Positions 1 to 9,981 of a DNA stretch of 64,000 nt are shown one piece after another (position 1 is the first letter of the stretch; each line of letters opens with the position of its first letter). The notes beneath the pieces were generated by a model that saw nothing but the letters and a program-made list of their open reading frames with translations, was not told the DNA's origin and did no database searches. The DNA comes from Candidatus Hodarchaeota archaeon (GTDB taxonomy: Archaea > Asgardarchaeota > Lokiarchaeia > Sigyniarchaeales > SOKP01), in assembly GCA_048886685.1 (NCBI GenBank), contig JBHLKM010000009.1, positions 32,001-96,000 of the forward strand, written 5' to 3'. Position numbers and translations under genes: made by a program.

Positions 1-328
1 TGAATTTGTAGTTAATGAAAGATTACATATTATCAATGAATTAGCTTATTTTTTGAGTGATCTCCGTGCTCATGTAAATTTGGATGAAATTACCCAAGCA
101 TTTATTTGCTGGAAACGAGAATCTGAATTCGATGAATCGCTTTATATAGCATCTAAGCTAAATTCTCGCCATCCTCATATTGAGATATTTGTACGAATCT
201 TTGACGAAGAACTTATTGATTTGGTAGAAAAATATAATGCAAAAACCTTTTCTACATCTAGCAATGCGTTTAAAATGCTTCAAAAAGAAGTTGCACCAGA
301 TTCGGCAATAGCTCCAAGAAGACATTAA
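1..328 (+). CDS. 3' part of a TrkA-N/RCK-like (K+ channel NAD-binding-type) domain protein, truncated by the window start
   Basis: Frame is open from position 2 to the stop at 328. The pattern 'DESLYIASKLNSRHPHIEIFVRIFDEELIDLVEKYNA' resembles the end of an RCK/TrkA-N domain. Confidence 0.5.
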   Translation, partial: EFVVNERLHIINELAYFLSDLRAHVNLDEITQAFICWKRESEFDESLYIASKLNSRHPHIEIFVRIFDEELIDLVEKYNAKTFSTSSNAFKMLQKEVAPDSAIAPRRH

Positions 329-411
329 AGTTAAATTTCGATAAATCTTTATTAATCAAAGGTGAATTGAGAAAATGTCAGATGAGATTATAAAGATTGT
401 ACATAATATTT

Positions 412-945
412 CTAATTACTTGACCATTCATATCTACACTTAGTACAGCTTTTCTTTTTTGCGTAGATTTTTTGAGGGGAATAGCTAATTACTCTGGATT
501 TATCATTAATTTCTTTTATTGCAAAACCCATTGCACCACATCGGGGGCATACTCTCTTATTTATACGAGTATCTTCACCAATAGCTGAATTAGGTGTTCT
601 ATACTGATCAGCTGCTGGTGGTGTGTATGATTCTTGACTTGGGTATGATGCTGGGTGTTCTTGTTGAGGTGGGGGAGGTGGAGGCGTGTAAGATTCTTGA
701 TCTGGGTACGATGGTGAACTTTTTTGCCGAGGTGGGAGTGGAGGTGGAGTTATTTCTCCTGGTAATTCTTGAATTTTCGCTTTGAGGTATCTATTTTCTG
801 TAGTTAATCGAATTATTGTATTTTCTTTTTCCGTCACAAGTGCTTGGTAATAGTGAATTTCGGAAAATAATGCAGTAATTTGTTCTTCCAGTTTATTTAT
901 CATTTCTTCAAACTCAGGTGGAAATTCAACTATGTTATTATTCAT
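412..945 (-). CDS. Hypothetical protein: coiled coil, polyproline linker, C-terminal Zn ribbon
   Basis: Heptad-like N-terminal helix, then PPPLPP and PPPPPP tracts, then CPRC...CTKC. Confidence 0.8.
   Translation of the reverse strand: MNNNIVEFPPEFEEMINKLEEQITALFSEIHYYQALVTEKENTIIRLTTENRYLKAKIQELPGEITPPPLPPRQKSSPSYPDQESYTPPPPPPQQEHPASYPSQESYTPPAADQYRTPNSAIGEDTRINKRVCPRCGAMGFAIKEINDKSRVISYSPQKIYAKKKSCTKCRYEWSSN
617..711 (-). repeat. Imperfect intragenic tandem duplication (SYPxQESYTPP twice, 63-nt spacing)
   Basis: ggtggtgtgtatgattcttgacttgggtatga (617) vs ggaggcgtgtaagattcttgatctgggtacga (680). Confidence 0.8.
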
Positions 946-1261
946 ATAATATGTTCACACCTCACTCTTAACAATATTGTCATTAGTTAGTATTTTCACT
1001 ATTGTACTTAGTTTGATTGAGAATATAAATGTTATTGGTAAGAAATTCGAAAATTAGATTTTCTGAAACTTAAGCAATCGCATTTAAATAATCATCTAAC
1101 AAAACTTCAATGTTTTTTAAGTTATTTATAATATAAAAAAATTCTTATGTTTCTACTTTTATGTTCAAAATTTATATTTTTCCTTGCCTAAAAATCTTTT
1201 TTAAATTTATTTAATTTAATGAACCAAAGCTTATTATAATGCAATAAAAAACTAAAATATT

Positions 1262-2536
1262 ATGAAAACACTGAAGATACAATTCAAATCTGATGAACAA
1301 AGATCTGCTGTAAATAAATTCTCCCTCACTACTGCAGTATTTTTTGCGGGGATCGCGGGTTATGCCTATTTTGCATTCTTGCCAGCATTTTTAGAATCAA
1401 AAGGTTACTCGGCAGGTGGAATAATATTTATTATGACATGGATGGGTGTAGGGATGGCGTTCTTTTCCTGGTTTTTTGGGAGAATAAGTGATAGAACTGG
1501 TCGTAGAAAATTTTTTTTAATTTTTGCCTTATTTTCTCAAATTGTTATATTTATGTTGTTGAATCTGAATACTCATATTATTTTTTATTGTATTCTAAAT
1601 TTTTTTAGGGGTTCTCTATTAGGGATGAGAATGCCTGTAGAAAATGCTTTATTTGCTGACATTGTGGAAAAATCGAATAAAAAAAATGGTATAGATGCCA
1701 ATTTAGGAACAATTGAAATTAGTGGAACTCAATTATCACTTCTTAACGCAACTAAAAGCAGTGGTTGGGCTATTGGCGTTTTAGGTTCAAGTTTCATTAT
1801 TTCTGTTTTTGGTGAAGGATCTTTAGTCCTTTTCTTGATATATGCAACAACGATAGCGCTTATATTTGCAATACCCGTGCAAGATATAAAAAAAGAAGAA
1901 CTTACAATAAATGAAAGTGAGACTGAAATTATTAAAGAAGAATTATTAATCCAAGATCCGAGACAAGGAAAATTGAAAAATTCAAGAAAAAGAGCAAAAG
2001 TTAAATTCCATCTCTTTATTAGTGTCTTTTTTCGCCAATTTGGTGTGATACCCTTTCTCCAGATAATATATATTATACTAACTGATGCAGGTATTTCTAT
2101 AGGTCTAACTGGTGTTGTTATCGCTCTTAATCCTATTTTGCAAGTACTAGCTATGGTGATTATGGGAAGATTAGTTGATAATCCAAAAATTTCAGAAAAA
2201 TTAATGCTTGCCGCGGGGTTTAGTTTATCAGCATTAACATTATTTTGTTATGCAGGAGGTTCAGCTACAGGTAATATTACCTTTTTTATATTGGGTCAGT
2301 TATGTCTTGGTTTTGGGTGGGGTTGTATTTATACAGGAGCAGTGAAATACATTGTAAACCGAGCACCTCTTGACAGAGCATTCTATATGGGTATTTGGAT
2401 TACTGATCTTCAGGTTGCCAAAATAAGCTCCTATCTAGTATTCGCATTTTTATGGTTTATTTTTTCTCCTACATTGGTTTTACCGTATGCGGCTTTAATC
2501 CCACTTATTGGAGTAGTACTCACTTTTTGGTTATAA
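1262..2536 (+). CDS. MFS transporter
   Basis: About 12 hydrophobic segments, MFS motif A 'GRISDRTGRR', central hydrophilic loop. Confidence 0.9.
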   Translation: MKTLKIQFKSDEQRSAVNKFSLTTAVFFAGIAGYAYFAFLPAFLESKGYSAGGIIFIMTWMGVGMAFFSWFFGRISDRTGRRKFFLIFALFSQIVIFMLLNLNTHIIFYCILNFFRGSLLGMRMPVENALFADIVEKSNKKNGIDANLGTIEISGTQLSLLNATKSSGWAIGVLGSSFIISVFGEGSLVLFLIYATTIALIFAIPVQDIKKEELTINESETEIIKEELLIQDPRQGKLKNSRKRAKVKFHLFISVFFRQFGVIPFLQIIYIILTDAGISIGLTGVVIALNPILQVLAMVIMGRLVDNPKISEKLMLAAGFSLSALTLFCYAGGSATGNITFFILGQLCLGFGWGCIYTGAVKYIVNRAPLDRAFYMGIWITDLQVAKISSYLVFAFLWFIFSPTLVLPYAALIPLIGVVLTFWL

Positions 2537-2554
2537 TAGGATTCAAAACATTTT

Positions 2555-3340
2555 TTATTCTAAATCACTTTTATACATACCTTCTAATTGAACTCCAAGT
2601 GAATTGAGCACTAAAGCTAATAAATTATAATAACCAACAATGAAGAGAATTTCAATGAGTTGATTAATCTTATATCGTTCTGACAGGATATTCCAAGTTG
2701 AGTCTGAAATGAAATTATCAGTGTAAAGTTCATCGACTGCACGGACTAATGTCGCATCAAATGGATCCCAGCCTTCAGCATCTGGTCCTTCTTTTATTCG
2801 GTCAATTAATTGATCAGAAAAAAGACCTGCTCGTTTAGCACCAGTTATATGATGTTGCCATTCGTATTCTGATTTACAAAGCCAAGCAGTACGGGAAATA
2901 ATTAGTTCTTTTTCTCGTGGAGGTATTTCCGAACGAACAAAGACTTGATTTGCAAATAGCCCCCATCTAAGAAAGAGATCCTTATGTCTCATCAAAGTAG
3001 CTCTAAGGTTAAAAATTGTTCCCTTTTGCCTAATATATTCCTTAACTGAAGTTTCGTGATCCTTAATATCAATCGAATTTACATCTAAACCTTTCTCTTT
3101 AAGTTTAAGATGAGAAGATATAGGGTTGAGATAATAACTAATAGAACCTTTCATTTCTTTTACAATAGAAAGAACTGGTTTATTCCAGTCAAGTTCTTCA
3201 TCACATTTTTCATCAAAATTCAATTGATTGATTGCTTTTCTGGAGGATATTAGCTCTTGAACATATTCAACTTCATTTAAAGGAGGAACTCGGGGTTCAT
3301 TAAATTGCATTAGCTTTCTTTTATTAATTTTTCTTTTCAC
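2555..3340 (-). CDS. Carboxymuconolactone decarboxylase/AhpD-like family protein
   Basis: 'PPREKELIISRTAWLCKSEYEWQHH', 'LVRAVDEL', 'IVGYYNLLA' are typical of the CMD-like family. Confidence 0.8.
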   Translation of the reverse strand: MKRKINKRKLMQFNEPRVPPLNEVEYVQELISSRKAINQLNFDEKCDEELDWNKPVLSIVKEMKGSISYYLNPISSHLKLKEKGLDVNSIDIKDHETSVKEYIRQKGTIFNLRATLMRHKDLFLRWGLFANQVFVRSEIPPREKELIISRTAWLCKSEYEWQHHITGAKRAGLFSDQLIDRIKEGPDAEGWDPFDATLVRAVDELYTDNFISDSTWNILSERYKINQLIEILFIVGYYNLLALVLNSLGVQLEGMYKSDLE

Positions 3341-3443
3341 TTCCTCTTCTTTGTTATTTATTGATCTTATCGCTACAAATATAGATTTTTTTTATTTTGA
3401 AATAATTATACTATAATTTTATAAATTATTTATTCTTCGGCTT

Positions 3444-4259
3444 TCAATCAATGATCCTTTTTACGCAATCTTCAGTTTGAACTCCAAAAGAATTGAGAAA
3501 CATGGCTAACATGTTATAAGCCCCAACAACAAAAGTTAAATCCATGATTTGATTTGAATCATAGCGCTCAGTTAAAGTTTTCCAAGTTTTTTCTGATATA
3601 AACGTGTTTCTGTAGAGTTCATCAGCGGCACGTACTAGAGTTGCATCAAAAGGATTCCATCCTTGAATTTCTGATCCTCTTTTTATTCGGTCAAAATCAT
3701 CATAGGAAAGTCCTACTCGTTTCCCCACGATAACATGATGATCCCATTCATATTTAGCGCCACAGAGCCAAGCAATTCGTAAAATTAATATTTCTTTATC
3801 TCTTGGGGGAAGTAATGAATCATATGTAACATGACTTGCCAATAATAACCATTTCAATCGTAATTTTCTATACTTTATCATTGTAGCTCTAATATTAAAG
3901 ATAGTTCCTTCTTGCCTAATATACGATTTAATAGAATCTTTAAAATCTTCCAAGTTAAATGAATCCATATCTAAACCTTTTTCTTCTAGTTTTAGAAAAG
4001 AAGATAAGTCTTTAAAAGTCGTTTCATTATAACCCTTTAGCCATTGTATAAGAAAATCCATTTCGTTCTCCCATTCTGATTCGATATCTTTTCTTTTAGC
4101 ATATTCAAGTCGATTTAATGCATTATGAAAAAGATATAACTCTTTAATAAAATCAGTTTCGTCTAAGGGAGGGATTCGAGGTTTGTCAAGACGTGGCTCA
4201 ATTTCGTCAACTTTTTTAATTATTTGCTCTTTGTCCTTTTTGCTCATTAATCTTTTCAC
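3444..4259 (-). CDS. Carboxymuconolactone decarboxylase/AhpD-like family protein (paralog of 2555..3340)
   Basis: 'LPPRDKEILILRIAWLCGAKYEWDHH', 'VVGAYNMLA'. Aligns along most of its length with the neighbour. Confidence 0.8.
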   Translation of the reverse strand: MKRLMSKKDKEQIIKKVDEIEPRLDKPRIPPLDETDFIKELYLFHNALNRLEYAKRKDIESEWENEMDFLIQWLKGYNETTFKDLSSFLKLEEKGLDMDSFNLEDFKDSIKSYIRQEGTIFNIRATMIKYRKLRLKWLLLASHVTYDSLLPPRDKEILILRIAWLCGAKYEWDHHVIVGKRVGLSYDDFDRIKRGSEIQGWNPFDATLVRAADELYRNTFISEKTWKTLTERYDSNQIMDLTFVVGAYNMLAMFLNSFGVQTEDCVKRIID

Positions 4260-4450
4260 CTATAAATAATAGAATATATCGATCTTTGTAATATAAATAC
4301 TTTTTTGAAAACCAATTTATGTATCGAACATACAGCAGCTATTCTCCAATTCAATATTAAATCGTGAAATTAAAATTGTTAATACAATTTTTATTGTTAA
4401 TTTACAATTTCATTTTAAAATAAAATAAACTAAAAAAAAGTGAAAATAAA

Positions 4451-5728
4451 TTGGAACTCAAAGAAGTTTGGTTAATTGATTATGCACGCACTGCATTCTC
4501 CCGTTCAAGGCCAAGACAACCAGAGAGAGATGTTTTTGGGGAGATTAGGGGAGATGAATTGTTAGCAAGGTTGTTAAAAAAATTTTTTGATGAAAAATTA
4601 GCCGATAAAGGCATAGAGAAAAAAGATATGGAAGAGGTCTCAATAGGAGTTGCTGCAGGTGTTTTAGAGAATTGGACATACGGTGGGAGACTCCCTATCT
4701 TTTTAGCTGGGTTCCCTGTTAACGTACCAGCATTTTTTATTGATAGACAATGTGGATCTGCAGGTTCAGGAATGCATATTGGTATAATGGAACTTATGAC
4801 TGGAAATGCTAAATGTGTATTAGCAACTGGTTTTGAACATATGACTCGTGTTAGGGGAAGAGGAACTGAACCAAATTTAAAATTGTTGGAAAAAGGTAGC
4901 GAATTTTATCGTCCTGATCTGGAAATGCAAACATCTTTCAACATGCTTCAGACAGCTCAGAAATTATATGAAGAAGAAGTACCAACATTTACAAAAGAAG
5001 ACTTAGATAAGTTTGGTGTGAGAAGTCATAATTTAACTGTTAAAAGCCATGAGGAAGGTTGGTTTAAAGGTGAAATCTTTCCCATAGAAGGACATGTAGA
5101 TGGAGATAATAACACTCCCCTAATTGTGGATAGAGATATGAATGCAAGGCCCTCAAGTATGGAAGGACATGCAAAATTACCGAGGTTATCTCAACCATTT
5201 TACTTGGAAAAGAACGGTGGAAAAGAAGGATATGAAAAACGCGAAGGAACTGATCAAGGAGTTATCACTGTAGGAAATTCTTCACCCTTAAATGCAGGAG
5301 CTACAGCAGCAGTCTCAATGACGGCTGAAGAAGCAAAAAAGAGAGGACTTAAGCCTATGGCAAGAATTTTATCTATTGGTTGGGCAGGCGTTCATCCATC
5401 AACTATGGGACGAGGTCCTGTTCCTGCAACTAAGAAAGCATTAGAATATGCAGGTCTTACTGCTGATGATATCGATTATTGGGAAATCAATGAAGCATTT
5501 TGTATAGTAGCCTTAAATTGTATGGATAAATTAGGTATTCCATGGGAGAAAGTGAATGTTATGGGAGGCTCTACTGCAATCGGCCATCCATTAGGTTGTA
5601 CTATGATTAGACTTACAGGAACTTTAGCAAGGATTTTAAAAGATAAAAAGGCTAAGTATGGTATAGCTAACGCTTGCGTAGGCGGTGGACAAGGCGTTGC
5701 GACTCTCATAGAAAATCTTGATGCCTAA
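4451..5728 (+). CDS. Thiolase (acetyl-CoA C-acyltransferase), catalytic residues intact
   Basis: DRQCGS (nucleophile Cys), EINEAF, GHPLG, CVGGGQG. Confidence 0.95.
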   Translation: MELKEVWLIDYARTAFSRSRPRQPERDVFGEIRGDELLARLLKKFFDEKLADKGIEKKDMEEVSIGVAAGVLENWTYGGRLPIFLAGFPVNVPAFFIDRQCGSAGSGMHIGIMELMTGNAKCVLATGFEHMTRVRGRGTEPNLKLLEKGSEFYRPDLEMQTSFNMLQTAQKLYEEEVPTFTKEDLDKFGVRSHNLTVKSHEEGWFKGEIFPIEGHVDGDNNTPLIVDRDMNARPSSMEGHAKLPRLSQPFYLEKNGGKEGYEKREGTDQGVITVGNSSPLNAGATAAVSMTAEEAKKRGLKPMARILSIGWAGVHPSTMGRGPVPATKKALEYAGLTADDIDYWEINEAFCIVALNCMDKLGIPWEKVNVMGGSTAIGHPLGCTMIRLTGTLARILKDKKAKYGIANACVGGGQGVATLIENLDA

Positions 5729-5733
5729 TCCTA

Positions 5734-5746
5734 TTTTTTTATTTTT
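5734..5746 (+). terminator. Oligo-T archaeal terminator
   Basis: T7-A-T5 tract just after the thiolase stop codon. Confidence 0.5.
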
Positions 5747-5911
5747 AAGCGTAAGGATTTAACAAATTTTTTTATTTTTTTACAAAATTTTTAATGAACC
5801 TATTTTTACTATCAATGCGGGGATTTAGATCATTATAATATGAAAGATTTAAAGTTAAAGTTAAATTTCATACTGTAAAAATATTTTATAAAAAGTTTAA
5901 GTGATATAACT

Positions 5912-6853
5912 ATGGGAATGCTAGATGGAAAAGTTGCCATAATTACAGGTGCTGGTCGTGGGGTCGGTCGAGAGGAAGCATTAATTATGGCAAAAGAAGG
6001 ATGCAATTTAGTAATTAATGATATTGGCGGGGGAGCTAGTCATCTCGATAAAGATATTAAAATTGCAGACGCTGTTGTAGAAGAGGTCAAGGCTCTTGGA
6101 GTTAAAGCAATAGCAAATTACGACTCTGTAGTTGATTATAATAAAATGAAAGCTATGATAGATAACACTATATCTGAATTTGGTAAATTAGATATCGTCG
6201 TAAATAATGCAGGTATTTTACGTGATAGAATGATCTTTAACATGTCAGAAGAAGAATTTGACCTTGTTATTGGAGTTCATATGAAGGGTACATTTAATTT
6301 AACTAGACATGCTGGTGCTTATTTTAGAGAGCAAGGAAAAGCAGATGAAACTTTAGGCAATTTTGGTAGAATTATTAATACAGCTTCAGATTCTGGTTTA
6401 TATGGAAATGTGGGGCAATCAAATTATGGCGCCGCTAAATCTGGAATAGCTACTTTTACAGTAATTGTATCTAGAGAACTTGCTAAATACGCAACGGTTA
6501 ATTGTGTTGTACCAAGTGCTCGTACCCGTATGACTACTGATTTAACACCAAGAATGGCTGGATTTATGGAAAGGAAAACGAAAGATGGTTTTGATGTCTT
6601 TCATCCGATGCATTTTGCACCATTAGTTGCTTATTTAGCTTCAGATGCCGCTAAAGATATTAATGGAGAAGTATTTAGAGCTATTGGTGATAAAGTATGG
6701 GTGTATCGTGGATGGCGTGCTGTAAAGAAAATATCAAATGATTGGCAAACATTTACCCCACAACAATTAGCTGAGCGATTTTCTGAATTAATGAAGGATT
6801 TGCCTGATAAAAGGGAAGGTGCAGCAAGTCCACAGGAATTAGGAATGATGTAA
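5912..6853 (+). CDS. SDR oxidoreductase, MFE-2/HSD17B4-like 3-hydroxyacyl-CoA dehydrogenase
   Basis: TGAGRGVG, VINDIGG, NNAGILRDR, GLYGNVGQSNYGAAK (YxxxK). Confidence 0.85.
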   Translation: MGMLDGKVAIITGAGRGVGREEALIMAKEGCNLVINDIGGGASHLDKDIKIADAVVEEVKALGVKAIANYDSVVDYNKMKAMIDNTISEFGKLDIVVNNAGILRDRMIFNMSEEEFDLVIGVHMKGTFNLTRHAGAYFREQGKADETLGNFGRIINTASDSGLYGNVGQSNYGAAKSGIATFTVIVSRELAKYATVNCVVPSARTRMTTDLTPRMAGFMERKTKDGFDVFHPMHFAPLVAYLASDAAKDINGEVFRAIGDKVWVYRGWRAVKKISNDWQTFTPQQLAERFSELMKDLPDKREGAASPQELGMM

Positions 6854-6912
6854 TTTAATTAAAATATTTTCTAATTTTTTTTTATTTTTATTGTATTTTT
6901 AAGTATAAAATA

Positions 6913-7806
6913 GTGAGTAAATTGGTTTTTATCTATAAAGAAGGAAAATTTAATGATAATAGTTATTTAATTGATGGTTATTTATTTGGGGGGCCAAGAA
7001 GTCTTGCTCTCTATGTAATTGAAAATAGTGGATCTCGGATGCTTATTGATACGTCGACTCCAGAAATGGCAGAAAGAGTTGTAAAAATGTTAAAACAATT
7101 TAAAATTTATCCTATTCATAAGATTTTACTTTCACATTCACACTGGGATCACACCGCAGGGGTCAACCAGCTAAAATCACTAATGAAGGATGTTGATATT
7201 GAAGTATTGGCATCTGAAAATGCAATTGAGAACTTAAAAAATCCAACAGTTATGAATGCTCCTTTTGAAACCACATTTGAGCCTATAGATGATGTTATTC
7301 CATTAAAAGAAGGAGATTTAATCCATCTTAACGGTCTAAAGTTAGAGGTTTTTAATTTCTTTGGGCATACAATGGATTCTATAGCAGTTCTTGATGAAAA
7401 AAATAGAAATATTTTTACGGGAGATGCCATAATTGATAAATCAGGTTATACATACCTTCAGCCAACTTTTATGCCACCAGAATTTAATGAAGCTGAATTG
7501 CTAAAAACATTTCAAAAACTTAGAGATCTAAAAAAAAAGCTAAACTCTATTACTTTAGCTCATTTTGGGGTATGGACAGATGAGGATTTTGAAACTATTC
7601 TTAATGAGATGGAAGATTTTCACTTCAAAACAAAAAAGGCAATAATTCAATGGTATAATGAGAATCTCTCAAGCAGAGAAATTACCCTCAAATATTTTGA
7701 GACTTTTATTCCCAAATCTAAAGTAGTTGAATATGGATTATTAGACAATTTAGAAATGAACATCAAATGGCTAATAGAAGGTTTAAAAGGGAGTGGCTTT
7801 ATTTAG
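6913..7806 (+). CDS. MBL-fold metallo-hydrolase
   Basis: HSHWDH, GHT, FTGDA, AHFG metal-binding motifs. Confidence 0.9.
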   Translation: MSKLVFIYKEGKFNDNSYLIDGYLFGGPRSLALYVIENSGSRMLIDTSTPEMAERVVKMLKQFKIYPIHKILLSHSHWDHTAGVNQLKSLMKDVDIEVLASENAIENLKNPTVMNAPFETTFEPIDDVIPLKEGDLIHLNGLKLEVFNFFGHTMDSIAVLDEKNRNIFTGDAIIDKSGYTYLQPTFMPPEFNEAELLKTFQKLRDLKKKLNSITLAHFGVWTDEDFETILNEMEDFHFKTKKAIIQWYNENLSSREITLKYFETFIPKSKVVEYGLLDNLEMNIKWLIEGLKGSGFI

Positions 7807-7917
7807 GTTTGGCAATCTGATATAATTGATAGTAAAAATAAAGTATTTGAAATGATTAATATACGACTAGAAATAAAAATAAATTGGATTTAAAAAATAT
7901 AAGAAAGGTAAAAAAAA

Positions 7918-8754
7918 ATGTCGTCTGGATTAGATTTAAATTGCGTTGGTATAAAGAATCCGGAAATGACTTTTAAATATACTTGGAGAGATGCCGTACT
8001 TTATGCCGTAGGAGTTGGTGCCCAAGCGGAAGAACTTCCCTTTGTTTATGAGAATACTCCTGGTGGAATTAAAGTTCTTCCTAGTTTTGCGACCATTGCG
8101 AGAGGGATTGCCTTTCCACGCAACTTAGGAAATATATTTTTCCCTAGGTTCATACATGGAGAGGAGTTAATTCATTTACACCAGCCTTTTCCGTCTCAAG
8201 GAGAAGTGATATGTTTTAGTGAAGTTACAGATATTTTTGATAAAGGTAGGGCAGCAGTTATTCATGTAAAATTCACTGGACTAACAAAAGATCGAGAACC
8301 ATTATTTGACGTCAAATCAGCATTCTTTTACTTGGGTGGTGGTGGATTTGGAGGAGATCGTGGCCCTAAAAGTGAATCTTTAACTCCTCCCGAAGGGAAA
8401 GAACCAGATTTTAGCATAACATACAAAACTGCTGAGAATCAAGCAATAATATATAGACTCAATGGTGATTTAAACCCTTTACACATCGATCCTGAATTAG
8501 CAAGACAAGGTGGTCAAGATAGACCAATATTACATGGGTTATGTACTTATGGTCATGCAACAAGAGCAATACTTTATGGTGCATGCGACGGTGATGTCTC
8601 TCGTTTCAAGGAATTCAAAGCAAGATTTACAAACGTTGTTTATCCTGGAGAAACACTTATTACTGAAGGGTGGAAAGACAACGGGCGCTATATAATTCAA
8701 GTTCGAAAGGGCGATACCGTAGTACTTAGCAATGCTTATGCAATTGTTGAATAG
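7918..8754 (+). CDS. MaoC/double hot-dog (R)-specific enoyl-CoA hydratase 2
   Basis: Hydratase-2 motif YRLNGDLNPLHIDP, PILHGLCTYG, IHGEE. Confidence 0.9.
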   Translation: MSSGLDLNCVGIKNPEMTFKYTWRDAVLYAVGVGAQAEELPFVYENTPGGIKVLPSFATIARGIAFPRNLGNIFFPRFIHGEELIHLHQPFPSQGEVICFSEVTDIFDKGRAAVIHVKFTGLTKDREPLFDVKSAFFYLGGGGFGGDRGPKSESLTPPEGKEPDFSITYKTAENQAIIYRLNGDLNPLHIDPELARQGGQDRPILHGLCTYGHATRAILYGACDGDVSRFKEFKARFTNVVYPGETLITEGWKDNGRYIIQVRKGDTVVLSNAYAIVE

Positions 8755-8933
8755 GTTTCAAAAATAATTACACAATTTCTTTTATTTTTTTCTTTTATGA
8801 TCTGAGAAAAAGGATTAAAGGTTTTTCTAAAAATCACTTCTCATTGAATAAATAAACAACAATGAAGTTGAATTAAAATAATTAATAAATTATTAGAAAT
8901 AAAAGTTAATTAAAAATTATAATTTAATGAAAA

Positions 8934-9791
8934 GTGGTAAAAATGACTAGTTTAAATTTAGAGGTTATCGGAAAAGAAACGGAAGAATTGACCTTTAAAT
9001 ACACTTGGAGAGATGTAGTCCTCTATAATTTGGGAATTGGTGCTCAGCCTGATGAATTACCATTTGTCTATGAACGAACGTCTGGTGGAGTAAAAGTTTT
9101 CCCAAGCTATGCTTGCATAGTTGCCGGGAGGGGATTTGCCGGATTAAAATTGAGTAATAAAGGAATTGATGGTGCCCGGTTTATCCATGGAGAACAAATG
9201 ATCAAATTATATAAGCCCTTTCCAACAGAGGGAGAAATAATAGTCAAAGGAGTATGCGAGAATATATATGATAAAACAAAAGCTGCAGTTATACATTCTA
9301 AAATATCTGGTAGAATGCCTGATGGTACACAAATCTTTGACACGAAATATGTTCATTTTTATATTGGTGAAGGTGGTTGGGGGGGAGATCGTGGCCCAAA
9401 AGCAGAACCACTAGATCCTCCTGAAGGTAAAGAACCAAATTTCAGTATATCATATAAAACTAATATAAATCAAGCTGCCTTGTATAGATTAAATGGTGAT
9501 CTCAACCCTTTGCATTTAGATCCAGAATTTGCTAAGAGAAGTGGTAGATTTGACAAACCAATCCTTCATGGCTTATGTACTTATGGTTATGCAACTCGAG
9601 CGATAGTTTATGGTCTTTGCGATGGAGATGTTTCTCGTTTCAAAGAATTTAAAGCAAGATTTACCAGCGAAGTATATCCTGGTGAGACATTAACGACTTC
9701 GGGTTGGAAAGATAATGGACGTTATATAATTCAAGTGAAAACTGAAAGAGGAGCAACTGTACTTGGTAATGCCTATGCTATCGTAGAATAA
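8934..9791 (+). CDS. MaoC/double hot-dog (R)-specific enoyl-CoA hydratase 2 (tandem paralog)
   Basis: YRLNGDLNPLHLDP, PILHGLCTYG. Closely similar to 7918..8754. Confidence 0.9.
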   Translation: MVKMTSLNLEVIGKETEELTFKYTWRDVVLYNLGIGAQPDELPFVYERTSGGVKVFPSYACIVAGRGFAGLKLSNKGIDGARFIHGEQMIKLYKPFPTEGEIIVKGVCENIYDKTKAAVIHSKISGRMPDGTQIFDTKYVHFYIGEGGWGGDRGPKAEPLDPPEGKEPNFSISYKTNINQAALYRLNGDLNPLHLDPEFAKRSGRFDKPILHGLCTYGYATRAIVYGLCDGDVSRFKEFKARFTSEVYPGETLTTSGWKDNGRYIIQVKTERGATVLGNAYAIVE

Positions 9792-9981
9792 TTTATGCAT
9801 TTTTATCTTTTTTATTTTTATGGGCAATTTATTTAACCGAGAGTGTGATATAGCAAGACTGTCGCAAAGTCTTTTAAGCAAGAAAGATTTCTTATTTCTC
9901 ATTAAAAAATTATCCAATAAAAATTAGTGAAAAGTTCCAACTTCACTTTTAAGATTCACATATATTAATATATGTACACGT

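Noticed and set aside
4318-4334. Inverted repeat TATGT-N5-ACATA in the divergent CMD/thiolase intergenic region
   Set aside because: 5-bp arms in AT-rich DNA are expected by chance, and I found no second copy.
9855-9950. Short hairpins (AAGACT-N7-AGTCTT and an AGTGAA...TTCACT stem) as a possible ncRNA or SECIS
   Set aside because: The stems are short, no known RNA family is recognisable, and no nearby gene has an in-frame UGA at a Cys-equivalent position.
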